Below, one piece after another: positions 26,979-37,304 of a stretch of 64,000 nt of DNA. Position 1 is the stretch's first letter, and the number at the start of each line of letters is the position of its first letter. The translations under genes and the position numbers were made by a program. Where the stretch lies: assembly GCA_964016885.1 (NCBI GenBank), contig OZ024759.1, forward strand, positions 12,214,001 to 12,278,000, written 5' to 3'. This DNA comes from Eledone cirrhosa. Its lineage: Eukaryota. The notes below the pieces were generated by a model. It saw only the letters and a list, made by a program, of their open reading frames with translations, made no database searches and was not told the origin of the DNA.

Positions 26979-29900
26979 CTACAGGCTGATATAGAGAGAA
27001 GACCCATTCACTCTGGCCATTCTCCCTACTTTCACCCACCTTTCATAAAACTTGCTGGGGTAGAGCACCTCTCTCTCCATTCTGATCCTTCTTTTAAAAT
27101 GGTATTTGAAAAAGGGGACCAGTTGTTGGCCGGAGAGAAAGGTGTCTGACCTCAGCCCTTTCAGCCTCGTCCACCATACAACTTCTTTAGCCATGGCTAC
27201 CACACAGAGAAAAACCGCCTCTCCTTCGTTTTTGAAAGGGGGAGGCGGTTTGATCGTGACAATGGACTCGGTGGTCAACCGGATTGGTCCCACCCTCGAC
27301 AGTAGTCGTTCCACATAGCCCCACAGGTCAGCAATGCCTGGGCAGTGTACGAATGCGTGCGCAACGGTTTCGTCATCATGCACGCATCTCGGACAGATCT
27401 TATTCAAAGGATCTCTACCCAGGCTCCCATGTCTGTGGAGCTTGTCTCGAACGGGTAGAGCCCCTCGGTAGCACTGCCAAGCCAGGGACTTTTGGAAGTT
27501 GTCCATCGGTCCAGGGCCAAACGTCCTACCGAACAGACTGGCCAGTTCATCTTCCTCCATGCCTAGAGCTTCTCCGAGAGCATCGTCGCACCTGCTGCGT
27601 ACCAACCCTCTATAGAATGTCGAGGTGGAGTCTCCACTGATTGCCGGGTCCGCTTTCCAGAGGGCCGTGAGCGCCTGGGCACATTCAATGTGCCAGTCGC
27701 CCACTTTTCTCGGTCTTTGCTTGACCCAGGATTGCAGCTCGGTGAGCGAGACGAGTCTGGGAAAGGCTCGCCTCACAAACGGGGCCCACACCGGTTGACC
27801 GGTGAGGAATACCTGGAGGTGCCGTAGCCTTAATGCGTGTTTACGCATCTGTAGCCACGGCATCCCCAGCCCTCCTTTCGAAGGGTGTTGACAGCAGATG
27901 GATCTCCTCACCAAAGGGGTCCGCTTGTTCCAAAGAAATTGGAACAGCGCGCACTCCATTTTGGCGAGTCTTTTCACTGGGCAAGGCACGACGGTCAAGC
28001 GGTAGTAGATGACGGATGCTATATAAGTATTCGCCACCTCCGCTCGACCTTTCAGGGATAGTTTGCACTGGGCCCACTTCTGGGTGAGTGCAAACACCCT
28101 GGCCGTTACCTCGTTCCAGTTTTTCTCCACCTGGAGGTCTGGTCCGAACCAGACCCCAAGCAGCTTCACCGGGCCCTCCGTCCAGCGTCCGACGACGTCG
28201 TTGGAGGGCATCGGTTTGCCTCTCCATGTTCCGAGTTGCAAACCGACGGACTTGTCCCGGTTCAGCTTGGCTCCTGTAAACCTTTCATATTCCTCCAGTA
28301 AGGTGCCGATCTCACCGATTTGCGAGGTTTTCGACACCATTACTGTCACGTCATCGGCGTAGGCCGACGCCGCTTTCTGCAATCCCGGTTCCAAAGGGAT
28401 GCCCTGCAACCGCTCCAACTTCCGCAGTAGTGGCTCAAGAGCCAGCACATACAGTAGGGAGGAGAGAGGGCATCCCTGTCGGATGGATCGCATGATTTGG
28501 AACGGCTCCGAGAGGTGGCCGTTCACCTTGACCCTTGAGCAGACGTTGCTGCTGTGCATCGCAGCAATCCAACCCCTGAAAACGGGTCCGAAGCCTGCCG
28601 CCGCGAGCACCGCATCCAGGTAACGATGGTCAACCCTATCGAAAGCTTTAGATTGATCCAAGTTGATCAGGGCCCCACCAAAGCCGGGTTCATTCCCTAC
28701 CCTCTCTATGATGTATCGCATAAGGTGGAGATTGTCGTGAATGGACCTGGACGGGATTGCGCATGTCTGCGCTTCTCCCACCAGGTTTCCAACGACAAGC
28801 GCCAACCTCTTCGCTAACACCTTGGCCAAAATCTTTAACTCTGTATTTAGCAGAGTTATGGGCCTGAAGTTACTTATGTCATCCCCCTTGTTCTCATCCT
28901 TCCTCACCAGCGTAACTACGCCCTTGGTCACAGAACTGGGAATTCTCCCGTTCTGCTGCCAGTTGCAGTAGACCGCTTCGAGGATATCGGAGAACAAGTC
29001 CGGCATCGCTACATATAGCTCGTATGGTAGACCATCGAGACCCGGGGATTTGCGTTTGCCGCATTGGCTCAGCGCCGCCCCTATCTCAGCAGCTGAAATC
29101 GTCCTTTCGCAGGACTTCGCCTCCGCGTCCGAGAGGCGCGGCAGACCGTCGAGGTATGGATTGAAATCCATAGTCTCACCCGGCGCGCCGCCCCTCTCGA
29201 ACAGTCGTGCAAAGTGCCGCTGAAAGGCCGCACACATCTGCCCAGGTTCAAGGATCACACGCCCATCCTGGTCCTTCAAAGACCGAATCGTGGACTTGTT
29301 CCCACTTTTTGCCTCTGTCACTCGGGCCCAGCTTACAGCTTTGGCTCCCTCATTACCCAGAGCACGTATTTTACTCCTGACAACGCAGCCTTCATGCTTC
29401 ACCTCAAAGAACTGGTCTAAGGCCATTCTTGATGCCAGCACGCCGGCTACATTGCCACTCCTAATCGCCTCTTCTACTCTATCTACTAATTCCCTTTCCG
29501 TCTTGTTCCTATCCCTTGCTAATTCCTGACTAAAACCTATCGATTCTATTCTAATTGCTCTCTTAAGAGAGCTCCACCACCTGTTGTTGACAATTGCCCC
29601 TGTCAAATTCTGCTTAACTAACGTGCTAATCCGTTTACTGTAAGCTTTGCTTCTCGGTAAGGACAAGTTCAGCTTCCAGTAACCGGGTCCCTGTCTATGG
29701 GTTCTATCAAGGTTGGCTATGCAGGTCACTAACTTGTGATCCGAATAGTCAACCATGAACATTTTTGGACAGCTAAATGTGTCCCTATCGTTCTCTCTAA
29801 CTAGGACCCTATCTAGGTACGACCTAGATGTTCCACTGCGATTGGTCCACGTCCATAGTGGTACAGTCGGAAAATCTAGTCGATATCTATCGGCCAGGTC

Positions 29901-30416
29901 AAATCGGCCGATTAACCTTTTGAGGCTTTTACACCCCCCTCTATTGGCACATGCCCCTACATAGTCCCAACGTGCATCCAGGATACCATTCCAGTCCCCC
30001 ACTAAAAGCAAGGAGCGGGACGTTCCCAGAAAAGTTTCCAGACGTTGGAAGTATTCCGGCCGCGCTGCCCAAAAAGGGGCGTACACAGCTATTAGTCTAA
30101 GGGCTCCACTTTCACTACTGCCGACGTCTAAAACCACCAGTCGACCCTCCGGGTCCAGGTGCACCTTCTGTATGGCGAGGCCCAGGTGTTTTCGCAGCAG
30201 AACGACAACTCCACCCCCACCCCCCGGTTGACAGAGAGATGCGAAGATCTCAAAGTCGTCGAAGAGGGGCGCCAGTTGGTGCTCGCTGCTGATCCTGGAC
30301 TCGCAAATAGCCATTACATCCATTCTATGTGACCTGAGATCGTTTAAAAGTTTGCCTTGTTTCCAAGACAGTCCCAGGCCACGTACATTCAGAAACCCAA
30401 CTCTTATATCAGCCAT
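26979..30416 (-). CDS. LINE ORF2: APE endonuclease + reverse transcriptase + C-terminal Cys/His (zf-RVT-like) region, 1145 aa, uninterrupted
   Basis: APE motifs LNVRGL, VYAP, GDWN, SYLDR, SDH; RT motifs KSPGLDGLP, FRPITLLN, KAFDRV, RQGCPLS, YADD; C-terminal CPRC...ETVAHAFVHC. Confidence 0.97.
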   Translation of the reverse strand: MADIRVGFLNVRGLGLSWKQGKLLNDLRSHRMDVMAICESRISSEHQLAPLFDDFEIFASLCQPGGGGGVVVLLRKHLGLAIQKVHLDPEGRLVVLDVGSSESGALRLIAVYAPFWAARPEYFQRLETFLGTSRSLLLVGDWNGILDARWDYVGACANRGGCKSLKRLIGRFDLADRYRLDFPTVPLWTWTNRSGTSRSYLDRVLVRENDRDTFSCPKMFMVDYSDHKLVTCIANLDRTHRQGPGYWKLNLSLPRSKAYSKRISTLVKQNLTGAIVNNRWWSSLKRAIRIESIGFSQELARDRNKTERELVDRVEEAIRSGNVAGVLASRMALDQFFEVKHEGCVVRSKIRALGNEGAKAVSWARVTEAKSGNKSTIRSLKDQDGRVILEPGQMCAAFQRHFARLFERGGAPGETMDFNPYLDGLPRLSDAEAKSCERTISAAEIGAALSQCGKRKSPGLDGLPYELYVAMPDLFSDILEAVYCNWQQNGRIPSSVTKGVVTLVRKDENKGDDISNFRPITLLNTELKILAKVLAKRLALVVGNLVGEAQTCAIPSRSIHDNLHLMRYIIERVGNEPGFGGALINLDQSKAFDRVDHRYLDAVLAAAGFGPVFRGWIAAMHSSNVCSRVKVNGHLSEPFQIMRSIRQGCPLSSLLYVLALEPLLRKLERLQGIPLEPGLQKAASAYADDVTVMVSKTSQIGEIGTLLEEYERFTGAKLNRDKSVGLQLGTWRGKPMPSNDVVGRWTEGPVKLLGVWFGPDLQVEKNWNEVTARVFALTQKWAQCKLSLKGRAEVANTYIASVIYYRLTVVPCPVKRLAKMECALFQFLWNKRTPLVRRSICCQHPSKGGLGMPWLQMRKHALRLRHLQVFLTGQPVWAPFVRRAFPRLVSLTELQSWVKQRPRKVGDWHIECAQALTALWKADPAISGDSTSTFYRGLVRSRCDDALGEALGMEEDELASLFGRTFGPGPMDNFQKSLAWQCYRGALPVRDKLHRHGSLGRDPLNKICPRCVHDDETVAHAFVHCPGIADLWGYVERLLSRVGPIRLTTESIVTIKPPPPFKNEGEAVFLCVVAMAKEVVWWTRLKGLRSDTFLSGQQLVPFFKYHFKRRIRMEREVLYPSKFYERWVKVGRMARVNGSSLYISL

Positions 30417-30437
30417 GTTGGTTAAAAGAGGAAGGAC

Positions 30438-32173
30438 CTACCTGTTCGGCTCCTGAGGAGCAGGTTGCACAATATCCATGGGCGTATTGGAGGGGTTGTT
30501 TGGTGGGGTGTTGTTCTGTGGTGGAGTGGGGGTGTTTGGTGAGGTGTGGGTGGGGAAACGTTTCAAGAGGACGCGGTTATAGGGTCGAGTACATGTTTTC
30601 CCCACGTCCTCAGGAAAGTTCTCTCTTAGTTTTGCATAGGTGTCCATTGGGAGTCTTATCATTTTTAAATGCGGTTTGTTGGCCGCGCTTGCAAAGAATT
30701 GCCCTTCAGTTTCCACCAAAGGGTCTTTGTGTATTGTTTTTACTAGTTCTTTGTTATTTGTGTTAATGTATGTATACTGTTTTATTTGTGTTGTGTTTGT
30801 TTGTTGTTCTTGTGTGTGCTTACGTTTTGTTGTATGTGTTATGTTTTGGGGTGGGGCGGATTTTGTTTGTTCTGTTTGTTTTGTTTTTGTTGGTGGTTGT
30901 GTGTTTGTTTCGTTTATGTTCGAGTGGTGCTTTCTTTTTTTCCTTTTTACAGGTTGGAAGGGTTCCCCCTCTTCGTCACTAGGTGCCGTTTCCGCTGGGT
31001 CCTCGTCCGTGCTGTCGGGTAGTGGTGTATTTTGGGGTTTTGTTGTATTTGTGTGTGTTTTGGGAGTTGTTTTGGGTGGGGCCGTGTCTTGTGTTATTTT
31101 TCCCTGTTGTTTTTGTTGTTGTTGTGGTGGTGGTGGTGGAGGTGGTGGTGGTGGTGGTGGTGGCGGTGGTGGTGTGTGGGGTGTAGGCAAAAGAGCCTTT
31201 TTTTTTGTCAATTGAGGACAAGCAGCCCTTAGATGACCCCTGCTTGAACAGTAGTAACATATGGGCCTCCTACCCTCGGCTGAAATATATATAAATGTTT
31301 CTCCATCGAGGGACACCCTCTGTGGTATTCTAGCGATTCGTTCTGGTCTCATTTGGACCAGAACCTCCACGCTCAAACCGCCGAAAACGTCTGTGGTGAC
31401 TTCTCCTACTGAGAGGATTCCGTCCTCGTCTTCTAAAAATCCTGTTAGTACCCAGGAAATGCATGCATTTGGCCGGATTCCGGAGACCCTTATCTTCTGC
31501 GTTCTTTTCCCTAAATATGTGGGGAAAATATCTTGGAAACAATTGGTGCCACAGAGTATTTCCTGGCCGTCAATTGATCCTTCATTAGGACCGTTATATT
31601 CCCATAGAGTGGCCCTTTTTGTATGAACGATATATCACTCCACACATTTTTTAGGACCAGCTCAATCTCTTTTTGGGATAATTGAGTTGGTTTCCTTGTT
31701 ATGTTGGAAATTGTTCTGAAAGATATCGTTCTTAGCGTCGTGTCTCTTTTGATTTCTTGTGGGGAGGTGATTGTGAAGTCTCCTCCTTCTTTGAAAGTTA
31801 CATACTGTTTCGCTTCCTTCATCTTTTCTCTCAGAGTTGTAATGTCCAGTTGCTTGCAGGTTTGTGTTTTCCGGACCGCCTGTGCAAAGGAGGTACCAGT
31901 AGTGGGTTCACTTTGTTTGGTGTTATCGTTATTTTTTCCTTGGTTGGTGTTGTGACTATTGCTGTTATTGTCGTTGATGTTTTTGTCTGCGTTTATGTGA
32001 CTTTCTGGGTTTTCACCCATTTCTACAAATTTTTCTTTTAATTCCGTGTTCCATGTTTCTTTTGCAGAAGTGAGGAGGGAAGACTTAGAGCCTTGTGCTT
32101 CTAGCTTCTCTGTATCACCTTTCTTAGGGGGCGTGGCTTTCACGTTAGGATGAGATGTGAAAATTCCGTCCAT
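30438..32173 (-). pseudogene. LINE ORF1 (gag-like, CCHC zinc knuckle), split by one frameshift near 31520-31540
   Basis: First frame MDGIFTSHP...APIVSKIFSPHI* (stop at 31511); the -1 frame continues FPTYLGKRTQKIRVSGI...CYYCSSRGHLRAAC...PQEPNR*; the stop lies 21 nt before the ORF2 ATG. Confidence 0.85.
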
Positions 32174-32384
32174 TTCTATTAGTTTGCCGTAATAAATTTT
32201 TAACTGGAAAATTCGCCCCAAAAAGGGGCGAAAATAAATAAACTCAAAGTTTGACGACCAAGGCAAGGGGTTAACGTATATTACAGTATAAAAAAATTAA
32301 TCAAAACTCACTTTTTGAGTAAGTAAATCCGACTCGGTAGCCGAGCTTGTTCACACACGTCAACACACGTCTCTCGTATACGAG

Positions 32385-33420
32385 ATGTTATGTGAGATAT
32401 TATGTGAGGTAAAACCTTTACTGTGACAATACAATAGTATATATAGAGTAATGTAAATGTTATGTGAGATATTATGTGAGGTAAAGCCTTTACTGTGACA
32501 ATACAATAGTATATATAGAGTAATGTAAATGTTATGTGAGATATTATGTGAGGTAAAGCCTTTACTGTGACAATACAATAGTATATATAGAGTAATGTAA
32601 ATGTTATGTGAGATATTATGTGAGGTAAAGCCTTTACAATGAAAATATAATAGTAAATATAGAGTAATGTAAATGTTATGTGAGGTATTATGTGAGGTAA
32701 GGCCTTTACTGTGAAAATATAATAGTAAATATAGAGTAATGTAAATGTTATGTGAGATATTATGTGAGGTAAAGCCTTTATTGTGAAAATATAATAGTAA
32801 ATATAGAGTAATGTAAATGTCATGTGAGATATTATGTGAGGTAAAGCCTTTACCGTGACAATACAATAGTATATATAGAGTAATGTAAATGTTATGTGAG
32901 ATATTATGTGAGGTAAAGCCTTTACTGTGACAATACAATAGTATATATAGAGTAATGTAAATGTTATGTGAGATATTATGTGAGGTAAAGCCTTTACTGT
33001 GACAATACAATAGTAAATATAGAGTAATGTAAATGTTATGTGAGATATTATGTGAGGTAAAGCCTTTACTGTGACAATACAATAGTATATATAGAGTAAT
33101 GTAAATGTTATATGAGATATTATGTGAGGTAAAGCCTTTACTGTGACAATACAATAGTATATATAGAGTAATGTAAATGTTATGTGAGATATTATGTGAG
33201 GTAAAGCCTTTACTGTGACAATACAATAGTATATATAGAGTAATGTAAATGTCATGTGAGATATTATGTGAGGTAAAGCCTTTACTGTGACAATACAATA
33301 GTATATATAGAGTAATGTAAATGTTATGTGAGATATTATGTGAGGTAAAGCCTTTACCGTGACAATACAATAGTATATATAGAGTAATGTAAATGTTATG
33401 TGAGATATTATGTGAGGTAA
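32385..33420. repeat. 72-bp tandem array (~14 units; ~4 more at 26461-26741)
   Basis: Unit ATGTTATGTGAGATATTATGTGAGGTAAAGCCTTTACTGTGACAATACAATAGTATATATAGAGTAATGTAA. Confidence 0.97.
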
Positions 33421-33506
33421 AGGGTTAAATAGCAAAAGTAAGAGAAGAGGGGAGTGACAGACTGAATCTACCAGGTAGTTTGGTGGGGCTAACAGATCTA
33501 GGGTAT

Positions 33507-33542
<36 letters not shown>

Positions 33543-33960
33543 CAGTTCTATATGAGCGAGACACGGTCACCTCATTAATCTTGCCTCAAGTGGGACTATT
33601 CCCGTCTAACCCATACTAGCGTGGGAGATAGACGTTAACCCCTTACTCCATTACTCTATATACTATTAGATTTTTGAGGTAAAGGCTTTATCTCACATAA
33701 TATCAAATCACTGAGATTTTGATATTATTTATTTTGAGAACAATGCCTTAACACTAGTTACGACTGGTTTTAACAGAAAGAGGTGAGAGAATTCTGGCCG
33801 GATATGGCCAGTTTAAATGCTAAAGGGTTAAACGATGATGATGATACACACACACACATATATATATATATAAATAAAAGGTAAACAGAGATAACAACAC
33901 AATCGGTACAGTATATGGAAGGAACATATTAGGTTAATGCTTGAAATAGCAGGAAGAGGG

Positions 33961-33996
33961 TCTTAACGTTTCGGACGCTAGTCCTTCATCAAAAGA
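33961..33996 (-). ncRNA. Minimal Penelope-type hammerhead (C3U variant)
   Basis: UCUU-UUGAUGA-AGGAC UAGC GUCC-GAAACGUU^-AAGA. Confidence 0.6.
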
Positions 33997-34109
33997 AAGA
34001 ATAAGAAATAAGATAGATTGAAGGGACGGGTGGGTTGGAACTGGAAAAAATGTCTTTAGATAAAATAATAGGTCCATTCATGTTGACATCTCTTGGAACA
34101 TATTGTATA

Positions 34110-34447
34110 TCATCATCATCATCATTTAACGTCCACTTTTCCCTGCTTGCAAGGGTGGGACGGGAACTGATTCTGGCTTGATTTCTACAGCTGGATGCCC
34201 TGCCTAACACCAACCTCATTTACAGTGAGTGCTGGGTGCTTTTTTGCCGTGGCGCCTACACGTCCACTTTGCAGTGGAATGATAGGGACCCCAGTCCCTA
34301 TCATCTCATTTCTACAGCTGAGTAAACTGGAGCAATGTGAAATAAAGTGTCTTGCTCAAGGAAACAACACATCACCCGGTCTGAGAATTGAACTCACAAC
34401 CTTTCGATTGCAAGGCCAATGCTCTAACCACTAAGCCATGTGCCTCC
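34110..34447 (-). mobile_element. SINE family A, full-length copy
   Basis: Reverse complement of 7736-8073, ending ...CTAAGCCATGTGCCTCC. Confidence 0.85.
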
Positions 34448-34528
34448 ATATATATATGTATATTGTGTGTATGTATGTGTGTGCGTATATATATAATATA
34501 TATATATATATTTATAAGTATATATATA

Positions 34529-34755
34529 CTGCAAAGTGGTCGTGTACGTGCCACGGAAAAAAAGCACCCAGCACTCACTGTAAATGAGGTTGGTGTTAGG
34601 AAGGGCATCCAGCTGTAGAAATCAAGCCGGAATCAGTTCCTGTATGAGCAAGACATGGTCAGCCGACCAGACACTGCCCACAACAGGACAACCCGTCTAA
34701 CCCATGCTAGCATGGAAGAACAGACGTAAAACGGTGATGATGATGATGATGATGA
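34529..34755 (+). mobile_element. SINE family A, 3' half
   Basis: CTGCAAAGTGGTCGTG...GGTGTTAGGAAGGGCATCCAGC...(GAT)n. Confidence 0.75.
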
Positions 34756-35049
34756 TATATATATATATATATATATTCATATATATACACACATATACAC
34801 ACACATATATATATCATCATCATCATCTAACATCTACTTTCCCTGCTAGTAAGTGCTGGACTTGATATATATATAAATATATATATATCTATATCCAAAA
34901 TTAAGATAAATTAAATGAATTTAATCTAAATCAAAATTATGGGTGTCATGCCAGAAAGACATGCGCCATATCACCCGTAAAATAATCTCTAAGATTCTAA
35001 TGAGTAGGTCCGAGCATTTTATAATAACTAGAGATTGATTAACATATAA

Positions 35050-35165
35050 ATAAACATGAATAATCACAGGAGATAAGGTTTACAAGTGTGTAACCACACA
35101 CACCTACCTAGCTATGTGTGGTTACACACTTGTAAAAATTATCTCCTGTGATTATTCATGTTTAT
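35050..35165. repeat. Inverted repeat, ~50-bp arms
   Basis: AAACATGAATAATCACAGGAGATAA..TTTACAAGTGTGTAACCACACA and its reverse complement. Confidence 0.85.
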
Positions 35166-35591
35166 CATCATCATCATCATCATCATCAGGTTTAGCGTCC
35201 GTGTTCCACGCTTGCATGGGTTTGGACGGGGGTTTTCCCACTTGAGGCAAGAGTGGTTGTCTTGCTCGCATAGGACTGTCTGGCGGGTTTTCTACAGTTG
35301 GATGCCCTTCCTAACACCAACCACATTTACAGTGTGGGGCTGGGAGGTTTTTACCGTGTTGCCTACACGGCCACATTTACAGCGTGGACTGTGTGTTTTT
35401 TGTCGTGACACCTACACGATCTCATTTGTTTCGGCCTGGATGTTGTGGGACCAACATAACTTTGCATTGAAAGGGGCGGTGTGGGTGGGGTGGAGGTGGT
35501 GGGACGGGGGTGTGTTTTGATAGAGGTGCCTACTGACTGTAGTAGGTTTTTACTTTGTATTTAATATATATGTTAATTAATTTATAGTTAT

Positions 35592-35651
<60 letters not shown>

Positions 35652-36823
35652 GTAGGAGGTGTGGTAAGGAACCAGATGGACCATAACGTACCAGAGTACT
35701 CAATACTTAGGGTAGTAGAGTTGGTAATAGGAAAAAGTATGACCCCGACGGCTGAGCTCAAGCCGTTTCGACGGCTATTTCTGGACTAAAAATTTTTAGT
35801 CCAGAAATAGCCGTCAAAACGGCTTGAGCTCTGCCGTTGGGGTCATACTTTTTCCTATATATATATATACACACACATATATATATATATATACTTTACC
35901 ATATGCACTCTATGTACTACACACATATACCGCACCATACTTCCACAACTATATACTCTATATACCACATACACATACATACATGTATACTTGCAGCGCG
36001 ATAAAAATAGACGGTAGTCACGGAGTAGGCAGACCCAGAAAAACCTGGGATGACTTGATAAATTCCGACCTCACACACTTACACCTCTCCAAGACAATGT
36101 CACTGGACTGAGAGCTTTGGCGCTACACAGTAATACAGAAGACCCGCCTTACCTAAGTGTAAAGTGAAACCTACTACAGTCAGTAGGCACCTCTAACAAA
36201 ATACACCCCTGTCCCATTACCCCCACCCCATCCACACCACCCCCTTAAATGTGAAGTTATGTTGGTGCCACAACATCCAGCCCAAAACAAACGAGATCGT
36301 GTAGGTGTCACGACAAAAAAACACACAGTCCACGCTGTAATGTGGCCGTGTCGGTAACACGGTAAAAACCTCCCAGTCCACACTGTTAACGTGGTTGGTG
36401 TTAGGAAGGGCATCCAGTCGTAGAAAACCCGCCAGACGTGTAGGTGTCACGACAATAAAACACACAGTCCACGCTGTAATGTAGCCGTGTAGGTAACACG
36501 GTAAAAACCTCCCAGTCCACACTGTAAACGTGGTTGGTGTTAGGATGGGCATCCAGTCGTAGAAAACCCGCCAGACGTGTAGGTGTCACGACAATAAAAC
36601 ACACAGTCCACGCTGTAATGTAGCCGTGTCGGTAACACGGTAAAAACCTCCCAGTCCACACTGTAAACGTGGTTGGTGTTAGGAAGGGCATCCAGTCGTA
36701 GAAAACCCGCCAGACAGTCCTATACGAGCAAGACAACCACTCTTGCCTCAAGTGGGAAAACTCCCGTCCAAACCCATGCGAGCGTGGAATATGGACGTTA
36801 AACGATGATGATGATGATGATGA
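35165..36823. repeat. Divergent (head-to-head) inverted pair of a non-tRNA-headed, RTE-tailed retroelement
   Basis: 35165-35548(-) mirrors 36168-36823(+), both starting ACCTACTACAGTCAGTAGGCACCTCT; the + copy carries a triplicated ~138-bp internal segment. Confidence 0.8.
35727..35858. repeat. Spacer-less palindrome, 66-bp arms
   Basis: Centre CTAAAAA|TTTTTAG at 35792/35793; same family as 11637-11750. Confidence 0.9.
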
Positions 36824-37289
36824 TTAAACCCCTTGTCCTTTCTGCTCAAGAAATGTGAAGGATTCATCATTGGTTCACAGGAGGACATAAATACAAACCT
36901 AACCCATAATTTCTTTGTGGATGACCTGAAACTCTATGCCAAGAACATAAATGGGAAAAGAAAAATCTTGACCTGGTTACAACATTCTCAAAGGATATAG
37001 GAATGGAGTTTGGCCAAGGTAAATGCTCATACATGACTGTAAAGTAGGGAAAAACTGCAACCCAATCTAGCAACATTGTCATCAATGGCCTAACTGTTTC
37101 ACCGATATCTTATGAGGACTGCTACAGATACCTGGGGATAGATGAGAACATATCCTATAATGGTATTTGTAATAAGGAACGTGTAACCAGGGAATACTAC
37201 ACCTGATTATGAAAAATATGGTCATTGGAGCTCTCTGCATACAATAAAACAGTGGCTCACAATGTGTTTGCTGTGCCTGTCCTAACACC
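36824..37289 (+). mobile_element. R4/Dong-like non-LTR RT fragment (degenerate)
   Basis: LNPLSFLL...THNFFVDDLKLYAK...FSKDIGMEFGQGKC...YRYLGI...ELSAYNKTVAHNVFAVPVLT with in-frame stops. Confidence 0.8.
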
Positions 37290-37304
37290 AATGGCTGCAG
37301 TCAT

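Larger units (their letters stand above)
26742..32384 (-). mobile_element. Near full-length L1/Tx1-clade non-LTR retrotransposon
   Basis: GC-rich 5.6-kb block with 5'UTR, CCHC-knuckle ORF1, APE-RT ORF2 and 3'UTR ending GCAAATAAAGAAACC; interrupts a 72-bp tandem array on both sides. Confidence 0.95.
26323..33428 (-). mobile_element. TTAA-flanked piggyBac-type MITE with expanded 72-bp array, hosting the LINE
   Basis: Begins TTAA CCCTTTAGCA (26323) and ends AAAGGG TTAA (33428); body matches the short ~200-230-bp copies elsewhere in the window. Confidence 0.8.

Noticed and set aside
27106-31626. Numerous + strand ORFs over the LINE
   Set aside because: Antisense shadows of GC-rich ORF1/ORF2.
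32308-33570. 420-aa and 336-aa repetitive ORFs
   Set aside because: Read-through of the 72-bp MITE array.
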